Assembly: GCA_963676515.1 (NCBI GenBank)
Contig: OY781061.1
Coordinates: 143,041-207,040, forward strand
DNA: 64,000 nucleotides
Reading direction: 5' to 3'
Origin: Candidatus Cloacimonadota bacterium
Lineage (GTDB): Bacteria; Cloacimonadota; Cloacimonadia; G963667145
Shown: one piece after another, positions 17,619-26,472 of the stretch
Position numbering within the stretch: position 1 is the stretch's first letter
Layout of the letters: each line of letters starts with the position of its first letter
Made by a program: the position numbers and the translations under genes
The notes under the pieces: model-generated
What the model saw: only the letters and a program-made list of their open reading frames with translations
What the model was told of the DNA's origin: nothing
The model's database searches: none

Positions 17619-18785
17619 CTAATCTACATCAAAAGGGTAGTCAAAAAGATGCTCAATCCCATCATCGGTTACCCTAATACTGGCGTCCAACTCATATCCT
17701 ACATCTTCCTGCCATATACCTGGAATGAGGTGCAAAGTCATATTTTTTTGTACTATGGTCTTGTCACCTTCTCGCACGCTGATGGTTTGCTCTCCCCAAT
17801 CTGGTGGATAATTTACTCCTATCGAATAACCTAGTCGTGCCTTTTTTTCCACTCCGTGGCGTGCAATATAATCTCGCCAAATCTTTTCTATAGACTCTAT
17901 ACTCACCCCTGGCTTGATGCTATCTAAAGTAGTTTGCAAGCCATCTTTTACCACCTGAGAGACTTTTTTCATCTTTTTGGGCATCTGTGTTCCTAAGAAA
18001 ATCGTCCGAGCGATAGGACAATGGTAGTGTCTATATGTACCGCAGAGCTCCAGAAGCACTGGCTCGTTTGCCTGATAGACTGCCTCCGTCCAAGTAAGAT
18101 GAGGAGTCTTGATTGCCTCACCGCTCATCATCAAAGGCACAATAGCAGGATAGTCGCCAGCATACTCGCCCACCCCTTCATACTCTGCTCTCACAATCTG
18201 CGCTGCAACATCACACTCTCTTGCTCCAACTTTTATGTATTTTACCGCTGTTTCCATCACCTTTTCCGCTATTTTTCCAGCTATTTTCATAAACCTAATT
18301 TCAGCTTCCGACTTTATCACTCTCACCCAATTTACCAAAATATTCGCATCGACAAAAATAGCTTCGGGCAAACCTTTATGCAACACTTGAAAAGATTTGT
18401 GAGTGAAATAGAACTGATCAGACTCCACCCCTATTCTTTTTTTTTGCCAACCTTTTGCTTTTATAATATCGACGACAAAATCCATCGGATGACAAATAAT
18501 CGAATGAACATAATCATCGGCATACTGATATATATTTTCTTTCGCCAGATATGAGGTTATCCTTGCACCATTGGCATCCATCCCTCTGCCTATCCAAGTG
18601 GGCTCTTCTTGATCCAAACTAACTAGAACGCATTGGTGAACATAAAAACTCCACCCATCATAGCCTGTCAAATAGTTCATATTGGCAGGATGCGACACTA
18701 TCAAAAGCTCTATGCCATTTGCTACCATACTTTTTTTGGTATTCTCTACACGCTTACGATACTCACTTTTTTCAAAGAGTAACAT
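17619..18785 (-). CDS. M24 creatinase/prolidase-fold hydrolase, DoeA/EutD (ectoine hydrolase)-like
   Basis: 388 aa. I recognise the blocks NYLTGYDGWSFYVHQCVL, GDYPAIVPLM, YRHYHCPIARTIFLG and GYSIGVNYPPDWGE as characteristic of the DoeA/EutD clade rather than Xaa-Pro peptidases. This is from memory and unverified. Confidence 0.65.
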   Translation of the reverse strand: MLLFEKSEYRKRVENTKKSMVANGIELLIVSHPANMNYLTGYDGWSFYVHQCVLVSLDQEEPTWIGRGMDANGARITSYLAKENIYQYADDYVHSIICHPMDFVVDIIKAKGWQKKRIGVESDQFYFTHKSFQVLHKGLPEAIFVDANILVNWVRVIKSEAEIRFMKIAGKIAEKVMETAVKYIKVGARECDVAAQIVRAEYEGVGEYAGDYPAIVPLMMSGEAIKTPHLTWTEAVYQANEPVLLELCGTYRHYHCPIARTIFLGTQMPKKMKKVSQVVKDGLQTTLDSIKPGVSIESIEKIWRDYIARHGVEKKARLGYSIGVNYPPDWGEQTISVREGDKTIVQKNMTLHLIPGIWQEDVGYELDASIRVTDDGIEHLFDYPFDVD

Positions 18786-18907
18786 TTTATTCCTCCTTCA
18801 AATTGCAAAACACAAAATAAAGCAACAAAAAAGCAATTCTCAATTATCTCTATATTTCTTAATTTAAATAAATTTCCCTAGCTTGTTATAAGCTATACAG
18901 TAGCAAT

Positions 18908-20188
18908 TTACCCAGCCATAGAAATGCTAGGTAGGAATGTAGCAATCTGAGGAAAAACTATGATTAAAACAGTTACCAAGATTAAAATTAAAATGAACGG
19001 TGGCGTCTCTCGGATTACTTCCAGATATGGTCGTTTGAAGATCAATTGCGCTGTAAAAATATCACAACCAAAAGGTGGTGTAGCAGAGCCAATGGCAGCT
19101 TGCAAAGTGACCAAAGTTCCCAAGAAAATCGGGTCTATACCAGTAGAAGCTACATAAGGAGAAAAGATAGGAGACAACACATAAATTGCCACGATAGGAT
19201 CCACGAACATGCATGCAATAAAATAAGAGATGACAACTACCACAATAACTTTCAACTGAGTAACATCTTGACCCATAATAAGAGGCATAAACTCTTGGGG
19301 AAGTCGCAAAAAGCTAATCAGCCAAGAAAAAGCTTGCCCCGCACCGACCAAGATAAAAACAACAGCCGTGATGACACCTGTGTCCATGGCTATGCTTACC
19401 AGTTTTTTGAAATTCAAAGTTTTAAAAAGTACGCCTTCCAAAAAGATAGCATAAAGTACCGCTACAGCAGCAGCCTCTGTTGGACTAAAGAATCCAGCAT
19501 AGATACCACCCACAATAATCAGCGGAAAACCTAAAACAGGATAACCCTCTCTAAAAGATTGTTTTTTCTCTTCCCAAGTAGCTTTTGGCAACATTCCTAC
19601 CTTCTTTTTTTTGGAATAAAAATAGCAATAAATAGAAAATAGAAGAAAAATAAGCAAACCTGGTAATATCCCTGCCAAGAAAAGTTTTCCCACCGATGTA
19701 CTCGTAACAACTCCATACACAATAAACCCAATACTAGGCGGAATCAAAAAAGCTATATCACTGGAGTTGATGATAAGCCCCAAAGTAAATGGGCTAGAGT
19801 ATCCAGCCTTCAAAAGCATAGGTCTCATAGTGCCACCTATGGCTGCCACAGTTGCTTGTGTAGAGCCAGAGACAGCTCCAAACATCGTACAACTAGCGTT
19901 AGTAGTGATGGCAAGACCTCCAGGCAAGTGTCCTACCATTGCCTTAATCATATTAATAAGCCTCTTGGCAGCTTGCCCTGAAGTGATGATATTCGCACCC
20001 AAAATAAACATCGGAACGCATACCAAAGCCTGTGGCGTAAGACCAGTTATCACCTGTTGCACAAAAATGACAGGCGAGAGATCAGGCATATTCACTCCTA
20101 CAAACATCAACAAAGAGCCCAGTATGACCACCATAAAGGGCACAGCCATAAAAAGCATCAAAATCATACTAATCCATAATAAACTCAT
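18908..20188 (-). CDS. dctM: TRAP transporter large permease subunit
   Basis: 426 aa with ~12 TM. It completes the canonical DctP-DctQ-DctM order. Confidence 0.85.
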   Translation of the reverse strand: MSLLWISMILMLFMAVPFMVVILGSLLMFVGVNMPDLSPVIFVQQVITGLTPQALVCVPMFILGANIITSGQAAKRLINMIKAMVGHLPGGLAITTNASCTMFGAVSGSTQATVAAIGGTMRPMLLKAGYSSPFTLGLIINSSDIAFLIPPSIGFIVYGVVTSTSVGKLFLAGILPGLLIFLLFSIYCYFYSKKKKVGMLPKATWEEKKQSFREGYPVLGFPLIIVGGIYAGFFSPTEAAAVAVLYAIFLEGVLFKTLNFKKLVSIAMDTGVITAVVFILVGAGQAFSWLISFLRLPQEFMPLIMGQDVTQLKVIVVVVISYFIACMFVDPIVAIYVLSPIFSPYVASTGIDPIFLGTLVTLQAAIGSATPPFGCDIFTAQLIFKRPYLEVIRETPPFILILILVTVLIIVFPQIATFLPSISMAG

Positions 20189-20201
20189 AAAACATCCTTA
20201 T

Positions 20202-20741
20202 CTAATATTCGATAACATCGTCTGAATACTCGGAAGTAACCTCTGGAGATATCCAAATATCATCACCTTTCTCCTTGATGTTTTTGATAATCGTCAGCGT
20301 ATACTGTATGCCTGCTGAAAAGAAACCCAGCGGGATGATAATCACAAAAATCCAAAATGGCAACCGAAGGGCTGAACTTGATTGTGCTCGAGTAAAAACC
20401 ATAAGAACATACTCAGCAGAAAAGTAAGCCATGGTAAACATCGTAATAGCACTAGCTACGCAGATAAAATATTCAATGCACTTCTCTACAGATTTAGGAG
20501 CTAAATCTATGAGTGCTCCCATTCTGATATGACGACCTTTTCTCGCGGCATAACTCACACCCACAAAAGTGATAAAGATAGTCAAAAATTCGCTGACCTC
20601 CTCAGCAAAGTAGATGCTGGTAAAAAAAGTCCTAGCAATGACATTTATGATAAGCGTAATGAAGAGTGCAAAAATGCAAAAGGTGATACAGCTTGTTTCA
20701 AAAAAATTCAAAACTTTTACAACTTTGTTTTCTCCTTCCAT
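20202..20741 (-). CDS. dctQ: TRAP transporter small permease subunit
   Basis: 179 aa with 4 TM, located between the DctP and DctM genes. Confidence 0.75.
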   Translation of the reverse strand: MEGENKVVKVLNFFETSCITFCIFALFITLIINVIARTFFTSIYFAEEVSEFLTIFITFVGVSYAARKGRHIRMGALIDLAPKSVEKCIEYFICVASAITMFTMAYFSAEYVLMVFTRAQSSSALRLPFWIFVIIIPLGFFSAGIQYTLTIIKNIKEKGDDIWISPEVTSEYSDDVIEY

Positions 20742-20816
20742 AATTCCTCCTTAATGGGAAAAGTTTTGCACAGCCTTTCTTTTTTCAAGAAAAAACTGTG
20801 CAAAAAATCACAATTT

Positions 20817-21881
20817 TTACTTAACTCCCAAAGCTTTCTTAGCATCAGCTATGTCTTTGAGTAGTGCTTTGAGCATAACATCTGCATCATCGCCTCCCAC
20901 TTTCTCAAATTTTGCAAAAACTTTTTCAGCCTTGACTTTCATCTTCTTGACTTGATTATCGTTGTATTCATAGAATTTAACTTTTGGTCTTTCTTTAGCT
21001 ATTTTAGCTTTGTCATCGGCGTTTCTTTGCTTGATCCATTTACCAGCTGGTATGATAGATTCTACCCAAAACTCTTTCATCATTTCTTGTTTTTCTGAGC
21101 TTAGAGAGTTATAAAAATCCAAATTTACTGTGGGGATGCTGACGAAAACTTCAGCCCAAAACTGAGTAAAATAGTCGGTTACTTCATAGAATTTCATACT
21201 ATAATCGGCGAACATCGGGTTAATTTGAGCATCCAATAATCCTGTTTGTAGCCCACTATAGATTTCACCATAAGACATAGGTGTAGAGGTCATCCCATAA
21301 GACAACAAGTTTTCTACCAAAAGCTTAGATCCCATAACTCTTGTTTTCATTCCTTGAATTTTACTGATTTTGTCGGTAGGTTTTTTGGAGGTAACCCATT
21401 GCCAGCCTTCGAACATCATCGCAAGAGGAAGGAGTCCTTTCTCTTTAAACTTTTCCTCTAACATAGGGAAAAACTTGCCGTTGCGAGTAACCCAATCGAT
21501 TACCTCTATTGTTTTCTCTCTTGGCCAAATATAGTTCAAACACAAAACTTGAGCTTGCGGTACAAAGGCACTTATCCATGCATAATCTGAAAAGACAAAC
21601 TTAGCCACGCCCATTTGACACAACTCGTTGATATCACGATTGTCTCCAATGGTTCCATATGGATAGACGATTATTTGCATATCACCGTCTGTTTGTTTTT
21701 TCATACTTTCAGCAAAATTGTTTGCCCACACAGTCATAAAATCGCCCTCGATCTCTTCGGAGGCGAATTTTGCCTTCACTTCAGAACTTTTCCCCCAAAA
21801 TGCATACAAACCAGTAGTAAAAAGTCCCATTATTAAAACTAGACTTAAAATTCTCTTGCTCATTTTTTCTCCTTTTTTCAA
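20817..21881 (-). CDS. dctP: TRAP transporter substrate-binding protein
   Basis: 354 aa with a signal peptide. GMKTRVMGS contains the conserved carboxylate-binding Arg context of the DctP family. The start may be Met7 (21863). It overlaps the M20 gene stop by 4 nt. Confidence 0.8.
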   Translation of the reverse strand: MKKGEKMSKRILSLVLIMGLFTTGLYAFWGKSSEVKAKFASEEIEGDFMTVWANNFAESMKKQTDGDMQIIVYPYGTIGDNRDINELCQMGVAKFVFSDYAWISAFVPQAQVLCLNYIWPREKTIEVIDWVTRNGKFFPMLEEKFKEKGLLPLAMMFEGWQWVTSKKPTDKISKIQGMKTRVMGSKLLVENLLSYGMTSTPMSYGEIYSGLQTGLLDAQINPMFADYSMKFYEVTDYFTQFWAEVFVSIPTVNLDFYNSLSSEKQEMMKEFWVESIIPAGKWIKQRNADDKAKIAKERPKVKFYEYNDNQVKKMKVKAEKVFAKFEKVGGDDADVMLKALLKDIADAKKALGVK

Positions 21882-23065
21882 TTTTCTCCATCTTCCAAAT
21901 ACTGACTTACAATCTCTACAAAAAATTTCACTCCGTTTTTCATCACCTCCTCATCTACATTAAATTTTGAGTTATGATGGGCATAATCAGAGCCTTTTTG
22001 GCTATTCTTACAACCCAGATGAATAAATACAGAAGGTACTCGATCGGCAAAAGCAGAAAAATCTTCACTCGCCAAAGAAGCGTATTCACGAAGATTTTTT
22101 TCGCCTACTATATTACCCAAGACCTTCCTCGCCATATTAACCATAGCGCTATCGTTCACTACTACATCATTTTCCCGCTGCATTTGGATTTGCACCTTAC
22201 ATCCATGAAGTTGACAAACCTGCTCAACTTTTTCTCGGAAGAGGATGGCAGGATCATCGCTTCTATCTTCTTTAGGTTGGAAAAGATAACGAATAGTCCC
22301 TTCCAAATAAGCATTTTCAGGAATAACATTGTTTTTTTGCGAGCCCCCTTTAATTTTGGTAAACATTATGACAGTGGGTTTGAGAGCACCGAGTTTCCGT
22401 GTCTGGATCGCTTGCATAGACAAAATAACATCCGCAGCAGCAATGATAGGATCTATAGCATTCTCGGGGGCTCCCGTGTGTCCATCTTTCCCAATAATCT
22501 TAATCTTAAACACATCCATATTGGACATAATCGCACCACTTTTCACGCCAACTGTGCCACTAGGCAAAAGCGACCAAATATGAGTAGCTACACACGCGTC
22601 CACCTTGGGATTGTCCAACACACCTTCCAATATCATCTGTTCTGCCCCTGCTGTCTCTTCGTTGGGCTGAAAGATAAATTTAACATTGCCTTTAAATTTA
22701 TGTTTGTTTTCAGACAAAACTTTTGCTGCTACCAAAAGCATAGCCATATGAGCATCGTGCCCACAGGCGTGCATCAGTCCAGGATTGAGAGATTTATACT
22801 CTACCTGCGTCTCCTCTTCGATAGGCAAAGCATCCATATCTGCACGCAAGGCGATGGTTTTGCCTGCCCTCTTTCCGATAAGAGTAGCTACCACTCCTGT
22901 GGTAGCTACTCTCTTTGTCTGTAAACCAAGATTTTGTAAATACGCTTCTATCTTCTTAGCTGTCTCAAATTCGTGAAAACCAAGCTCGGGATATCTGTGA
23001 AAATCACGACGCAACTCAACCAACTCTGGCTCTAAAGATAAAATAGTTCTATCACATTCATCCAT
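21878..23065 (-). CDS. M20D-family amidohydrolase (N-acyl-amino-acid deacylase / hippurate hydrolase type)
   Basis: 395 aa. Metal-site blocks are MHACGHDAH and QPNEETAGAEQM, and a dimerisation lid domain is present. Confidence 0.85.
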   Translation of the reverse strand: MDECDRTILSLEPELVELRRDFHRYPELGFHEFETAKKIEAYLQNLGLQTKRVATTGVVATLIGKRAGKTIALRADMDALPIEEETQVEYKSLNPGLMHACGHDAHMAMLLVAAKVLSENKHKFKGNVKFIFQPNEETAGAEQMILEGVLDNPKVDACVATHIWSLLPSGTVGVKSGAIMSNMDVFKIKIIGKDGHTGAPENAIDPIIAAADVILSMQAIQTRKLGALKPTVIMFTKIKGGSQKNNVIPENAYLEGTIRYLFQPKEDRSDDPAILFREKVEQVCQLHGCKVQIQMQRENDVVVNDSAMVNMARKVLGNIVGEKNLREYASLASEDFSAFADRVPSVFIHLGCKNSQKGSDYAHHNSKFNVDEEVMKNGVKFFVEIVSQYLEDGEN

Positions 23066-23066
23066 T

Positions 23067-24089
23067 TTAGATCAAATCTCTTTTAATCAATGTTTCGGCA
23101 ATCTGGACAGAATTAAGTGCTGCCCCTTTACGAATATTGTTCGAAACTACCCACAAATTAAGACCATTTTCTATGCTCATATCTTTACGAATCCTACCTA
23201 CGAAAGTGTCATCCTCTTTGTTTGTCATAAGAGGTGTCGGATATATCTCTTGCGAAGGATCGTCCATCACCTGTACGCTTTCGGCGGCAGCCAATAGTTC
23301 TCTAGCCTTTTCTACGGAGATATTTTTCTCTGTCTCTACATTGACCGACTCGCTGTGTCCATACCAGACGGGAACTCTAACACAAGTAACTGAAGTTTCG
23401 ATGCTCTTATCCAGAATCTTTTTTGTTTCATTCACCATCTTCCACTCTTCTTTGGTATACCCTTCCTCTTGGAAAACATCTATGTGAGCAAGGCAGTTAA
23501 AAGCTATTTGCTTTGAGTAAGCTATAGGCTTTGTAATCTTTCCTTTTTCCAAATACTCCTTGCTCTCAGTTGCCAAACCTTGGAAAGCTTTTATGCCTGA
23601 ACCTGATACAGATTGGTAGGTAGAGACTACCACCCTCTTTATTTTCGCGTAATCGTGCAAAGGCTTGAGCACAACCATCAACTGAATGGTGGAGCAGTTT
23701 GGATTGGCGATAATTCCTTTGTGCCAGTCCAAGTCTTGCGGATTGACCTCTGGCACCACCAGCGGACAGTCTGGATTCATTCTCCATTGAGCACTGTTAT
23801 CCACCACCACAGCACCTGCTTTGGCTGCTATAGGAGCCAAAACAAGACTAGCTTCCCCTCCTGCTGAGAAGATAGCTATATCAACGCCTTGAAAATTCTT
23901 GGCATTAGCCTCTACACAAGCAAACTCTTGCCCGTTAAACTTAACTTTTTCGCCTTCTTTTTCTTTCACATCCATAGGAACGAAAGTATACATCGGAAAA
24001 TTTCTTCTTTCCAAAGTCCTGATCATCTCGCTACCGACTATCCCCAAAGCTCCCACAACCGCTACCGTATATTTTTCTTTTTTACCCAT
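23067..24089 (-). CDS. asd: Aspartate-semialdehyde dehydrogenase (canonical Asd)
   Basis: 340 aa. It has the VAVVGALGIVG Rossmann motif and the active-site Cys in IANPNCSTIQ. Confidence 0.9.
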   Translation of the reverse strand: MGKKEKYTVAVVGALGIVGSEMIRTLERRNFPMYTFVPMDVKEKEGEKVKFNGQEFACVEANAKNFQGVDIAIFSAGGEASLVLAPIAAKAGAVVVDNSAQWRMNPDCPLVVPEVNPQDLDWHKGIIANPNCSTIQLMVVLKPLHDYAKIKRVVVSTYQSVSGSGIKAFQGLATESKEYLEKGKITKPIAYSKQIAFNCLAHIDVFQEEGYTKEEWKMVNETKKILDKSIETSVTCVRVPVWYGHSESVNVETEKNISVEKARELLAAAESVQVMDDPSQEIYPTPLMTNKEDDTFVGRIRKDMSIENGLNLWVVSNNIRKGAALNSVQIAETLIKRDLI

Positions 24090-24115
24090 TTTAATTCACC
24101 CCTTAAAAAAAACTA

Positions 24116-25486
24116 TCACTCTTTAATTTTCCCAGACTCTATATCTTTGATCACATCGATTATAATCTCAACACCTTTACTCAATAGTTCTTTTGTGATA
24201 ACCAAAGGAGGTAAAAGGCGAGCTACATTGTTATAGTGCCCTCCCACCTCTATCATCACTCCTCTTTGATGAGCGTGCTTTCTAATCAATTTGCCTAGAA
24301 CAGAAGCTGGTTCTTTCGATTTTTTGTCTTTAACCATCTCGATGGCAATCATAAGACCGATGCCTCGCACCTCTCCTACGATGGAGGAAGTTTTAGCAAA
24401 CTCTTGCAATCTTTTGGTAGCCATATCACCTACTAAATTTACATGCTCCAGCAAGTTTACCTCTTTCATCCAGTCCAGAGCAGCCTTACCTGCAGCGAAG
24501 GCGATCATGTTCCCTCTAAAAGTACCGATAGATTTTCCAGCAGGCATCGTGTTTAATTTTTCTTTGTAAGCAATCGCCGAGATAGGAAGACCAATGCCTC
24601 CCAAAGCTTTGCTAATAGTTACAATGTCTGGGACTATATCAAAATGTTCAAAAGCGAACATTTTCCCTGTTCTGCCTAATCCTGCTTGGATCTCATCGCA
24701 AATCATCAAAACATCGTGCTTATCACAAATCTCTCGAACTCTTTTCATAAACCTAGTAGTCGGGATTATAGTACCCCCTTCTCCTTGCACAGACTCCAAG
24801 ATCACAGCCGCTGGTTTGGCAAAGCCAGAATGGCTATCGCTCAAAACTCTTTCCAAATTCTCAGCCGCTTGCAAATCCACATCTTCGTCGGGACAACCAA
24901 AAGGGTTTCTATATTTATAAGGAAAAGGAATAAAAGATACACCTGGTACAGTAGAACCCACACCATGGTGGGAATCATCACAAGTCAACGCCAGAGCAAC
25001 ACCAGTCATCCCGTGATAAGCTCCTTCAAAAGCTATTATAGTATCTCTGCCTGTGTTGTATTTTGCCAGCTTTATAGCTTGCTCCACAGCGTCACTGCCT
25101 GTTGGTCCACCAAAAAATAAACGAGTTAGCTCTTTGGGTAGTAACGATTTGAGCGTAGCCACCATTCCTTCTCTCTCGACAGTGGGTATATCAAGTGTGT
25201 GAGTTATTTTGTCCAATTGCTTGTGAGCTGCTGCCAAAACCACAGGGTGAGAATGCCCTAAAGCCATCACTCCCGCTCCAGAAAACATATCAATGTAAAC
25301 ATTGTCGTCCTCATCGACCAAAGTTGCTCCTTTTCCAGTTTTCAAACTCATCGGCATCCCTTTGGAATATGAAACTGCCGAACCTTCATTGCCGGCTTGA
25401 AAATCTAATATCTTTTTAGATTTTGGTCCCGGTGGCACCACATTGATAATTGGTGCTTCGTTGATAGATAATTGTTCCAACTTCAT
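24116..25486 (-). CDS. Class III PLP aminotransferase, diaminobutyrate-2-oxoglutarate transaminase-like (EctB/Dat/DoeD type)
   Basis: 456 aa. Motifs are DEIQAGLGRTG, TISKALGGIGLP (Schiff-base Lys) and the GTFRGN block, which I associate with DABA transaminases. Confidence 0.8.
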   Translation of the reverse strand: MKLEQLSINEAPIINVVPPGPKSKKILDFQAGNEGSAVSYSKGMPMSLKTGKGATLVDEDDNVYIDMFSGAGVMALGHSHPVVLAAAHKQLDKITHTLDIPTVEREGMVATLKSLLPKELTRLFFGGPTGSDAVEQAIKLAKYNTGRDTIIAFEGAYHGMTGVALALTCDDSHHGVGSTVPGVSFIPFPYKYRNPFGCPDEDVDLQAAENLERVLSDSHSGFAKPAAVILESVQGEGGTIIPTTRFMKRVREICDKHDVLMICDEIQAGLGRTGKMFAFEHFDIVPDIVTISKALGGIGLPISAIAYKEKLNTMPAGKSIGTFRGNMIAFAAGKAALDWMKEVNLLEHVNLVGDMATKRLQEFAKTSSIVGEVRGIGLMIAIEMVKDKKSKEPASVLGKLIRKHAHQRGVMIEVGGHYNNVARLLPPLVITKELLSKGVEIIIDVIKDIESGKIKE

Positions 25487-25590
25487 TTTTTTTACTCCTT
25501 GCTCTTTAATTTAGAAGTAAACCCCTTTATATGGAAACAGTCCATGCAGCGAGTCACACTTTCTTTATGATTCTTAACAGCCTTTAGTTT

Positions 25591-25621
25591 CACTATATGA
25601 ACCAAAAACCACTATGTGAAC
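25591..25621 (-). promoter_or_regulatory. Candidate operator: two direct 12-nt boxes CACTAT(A/G)TGAAC
   Basis: The boxes lie at 25591-25602 and 25610-25621 (11/12 identical, 19-bp period). They sit just downstream (on the minus strand) of a TTGACA at 25652-25647, in the 254-bp leader of the aminotransferase operon. A partial third copy ATATGAAC lies at 25676-25683. Confidence 0.3.
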
Positions 25622-25740
25622 TAAAATGATTTCATTATTCTCAATCTGTCAACTTAAAAGTTATATTTTTTATAAATATGAACTCAAAATATGATAACGA
25701 AAGGCTTTTTAAAGAATCTAAACAAAAAAATAAAAGGAAA

Positions 25741-26472
25741 TTATGAGAAAATTTTTAGCTCTGCTTTACCAGATTGTAACTCAAGATACGAATTGTGCAC
25801 TAGCCAATCGCCACAATTAGCGTAAAGACCGGAAGACACAGACTGCAAAAGAGGATGGTGCGTATGCCCCATCACGACAAGGTCATAGCCTTCTTTGCTT
25901 ATTTTGGTTTGAGCAAATTGTAAAAGTTCTGCCTCTTTTTTCGTAAGTTTTTTTTCGTCCACTTTGCGAGAACGAGAACTTCTTGATGCCAAAGAACCAA
26001 TCCTAATGGCTAACGCTGGATGAACTATTCCAAAAAATAACTCGAAAATTTTGGAGCGAATAAGAAGTTTGTAAAATTTGTAACGAAAATCGTTTTCCCC
26101 ATGACTATCACCGTGAGTGACAAAAATTTTACGATTGTCTATTTGCAAGACACACTCAGATTTGAAAATCTCGATCCCCAACTGATTTTGCAAAAAATAC
26201 CGAAAATAGAAGTCGTGGTTACCTGCAATCATCTTGATTTTACAACCGCTATCTCGCAAAGATTTCAAGGCGTAATATACAGGAAAAAACTCAGAAAGCA
26301 CGATGTTTTTCCAGTCGTACCAAAGGTCGAAAAAATCTCCCGCAATAACTAAAATATCGGCTTTACCTGTGATACTTTCCAAAAATTGTACCACTGTTTT
26401 TTGCCTTGCTATATCTTCTGCCGTTTTGGGTACAGGCTTCAGATGAGTATCGGAAATAAAGTACGCCTTCAT
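25741..26472 (-). CDS. lpxH: UDP-2,3-diacylglucosamine diphosphatase (LpxH-like calcineurin-type phosphoesterase)
   Basis: 243 aa. The motifs ISDTHL, AGDFFDLW, AGNHDF, THGD, GHTHHP and CGDW occur in LpxH order and spacing. Confidence 0.7.
   Translation of the reverse strand: MKAYFISDTHLKPVPKTAEDIARQKTVVQFLESITGKADILVIAGDFFDLWYDWKNIVLSEFFPVYYALKSLRDSGCKIKMIAGNHDFYFRYFLQNQLGIEIFKSECVLQIDNRKIFVTHGDSHGENDFRYKFYKLLIRSKIFELFFGIVHPALAIRIGSLASRSSRSRKVDEKKLTKKEAELLQFAQTKISKEGYDLVVMGHTHHPLLQSVSSGLYANCGDWLVHNSYLELQSGKAELKIFS

Noticed and set aside
21974-22924. 316-aa plus-strand ORF antisense to the M20 amidohydrolase gene. Similar long antisense ORFs lie at 54214-54990 (258 aa, opposite the ABC ATPase), 29987-30661 (224 aa, opposite rny), 18021-18554, 11427-11984 and 46015-46608.
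   Set aside because: All lie entirely inside well-supported genes on the other strand. Their peptide composition is low-complexity and odd (rich in F/I/H/R/S), with no motifs, no RBS and no independent intergenic context. They are best explained as shadow ORFs.
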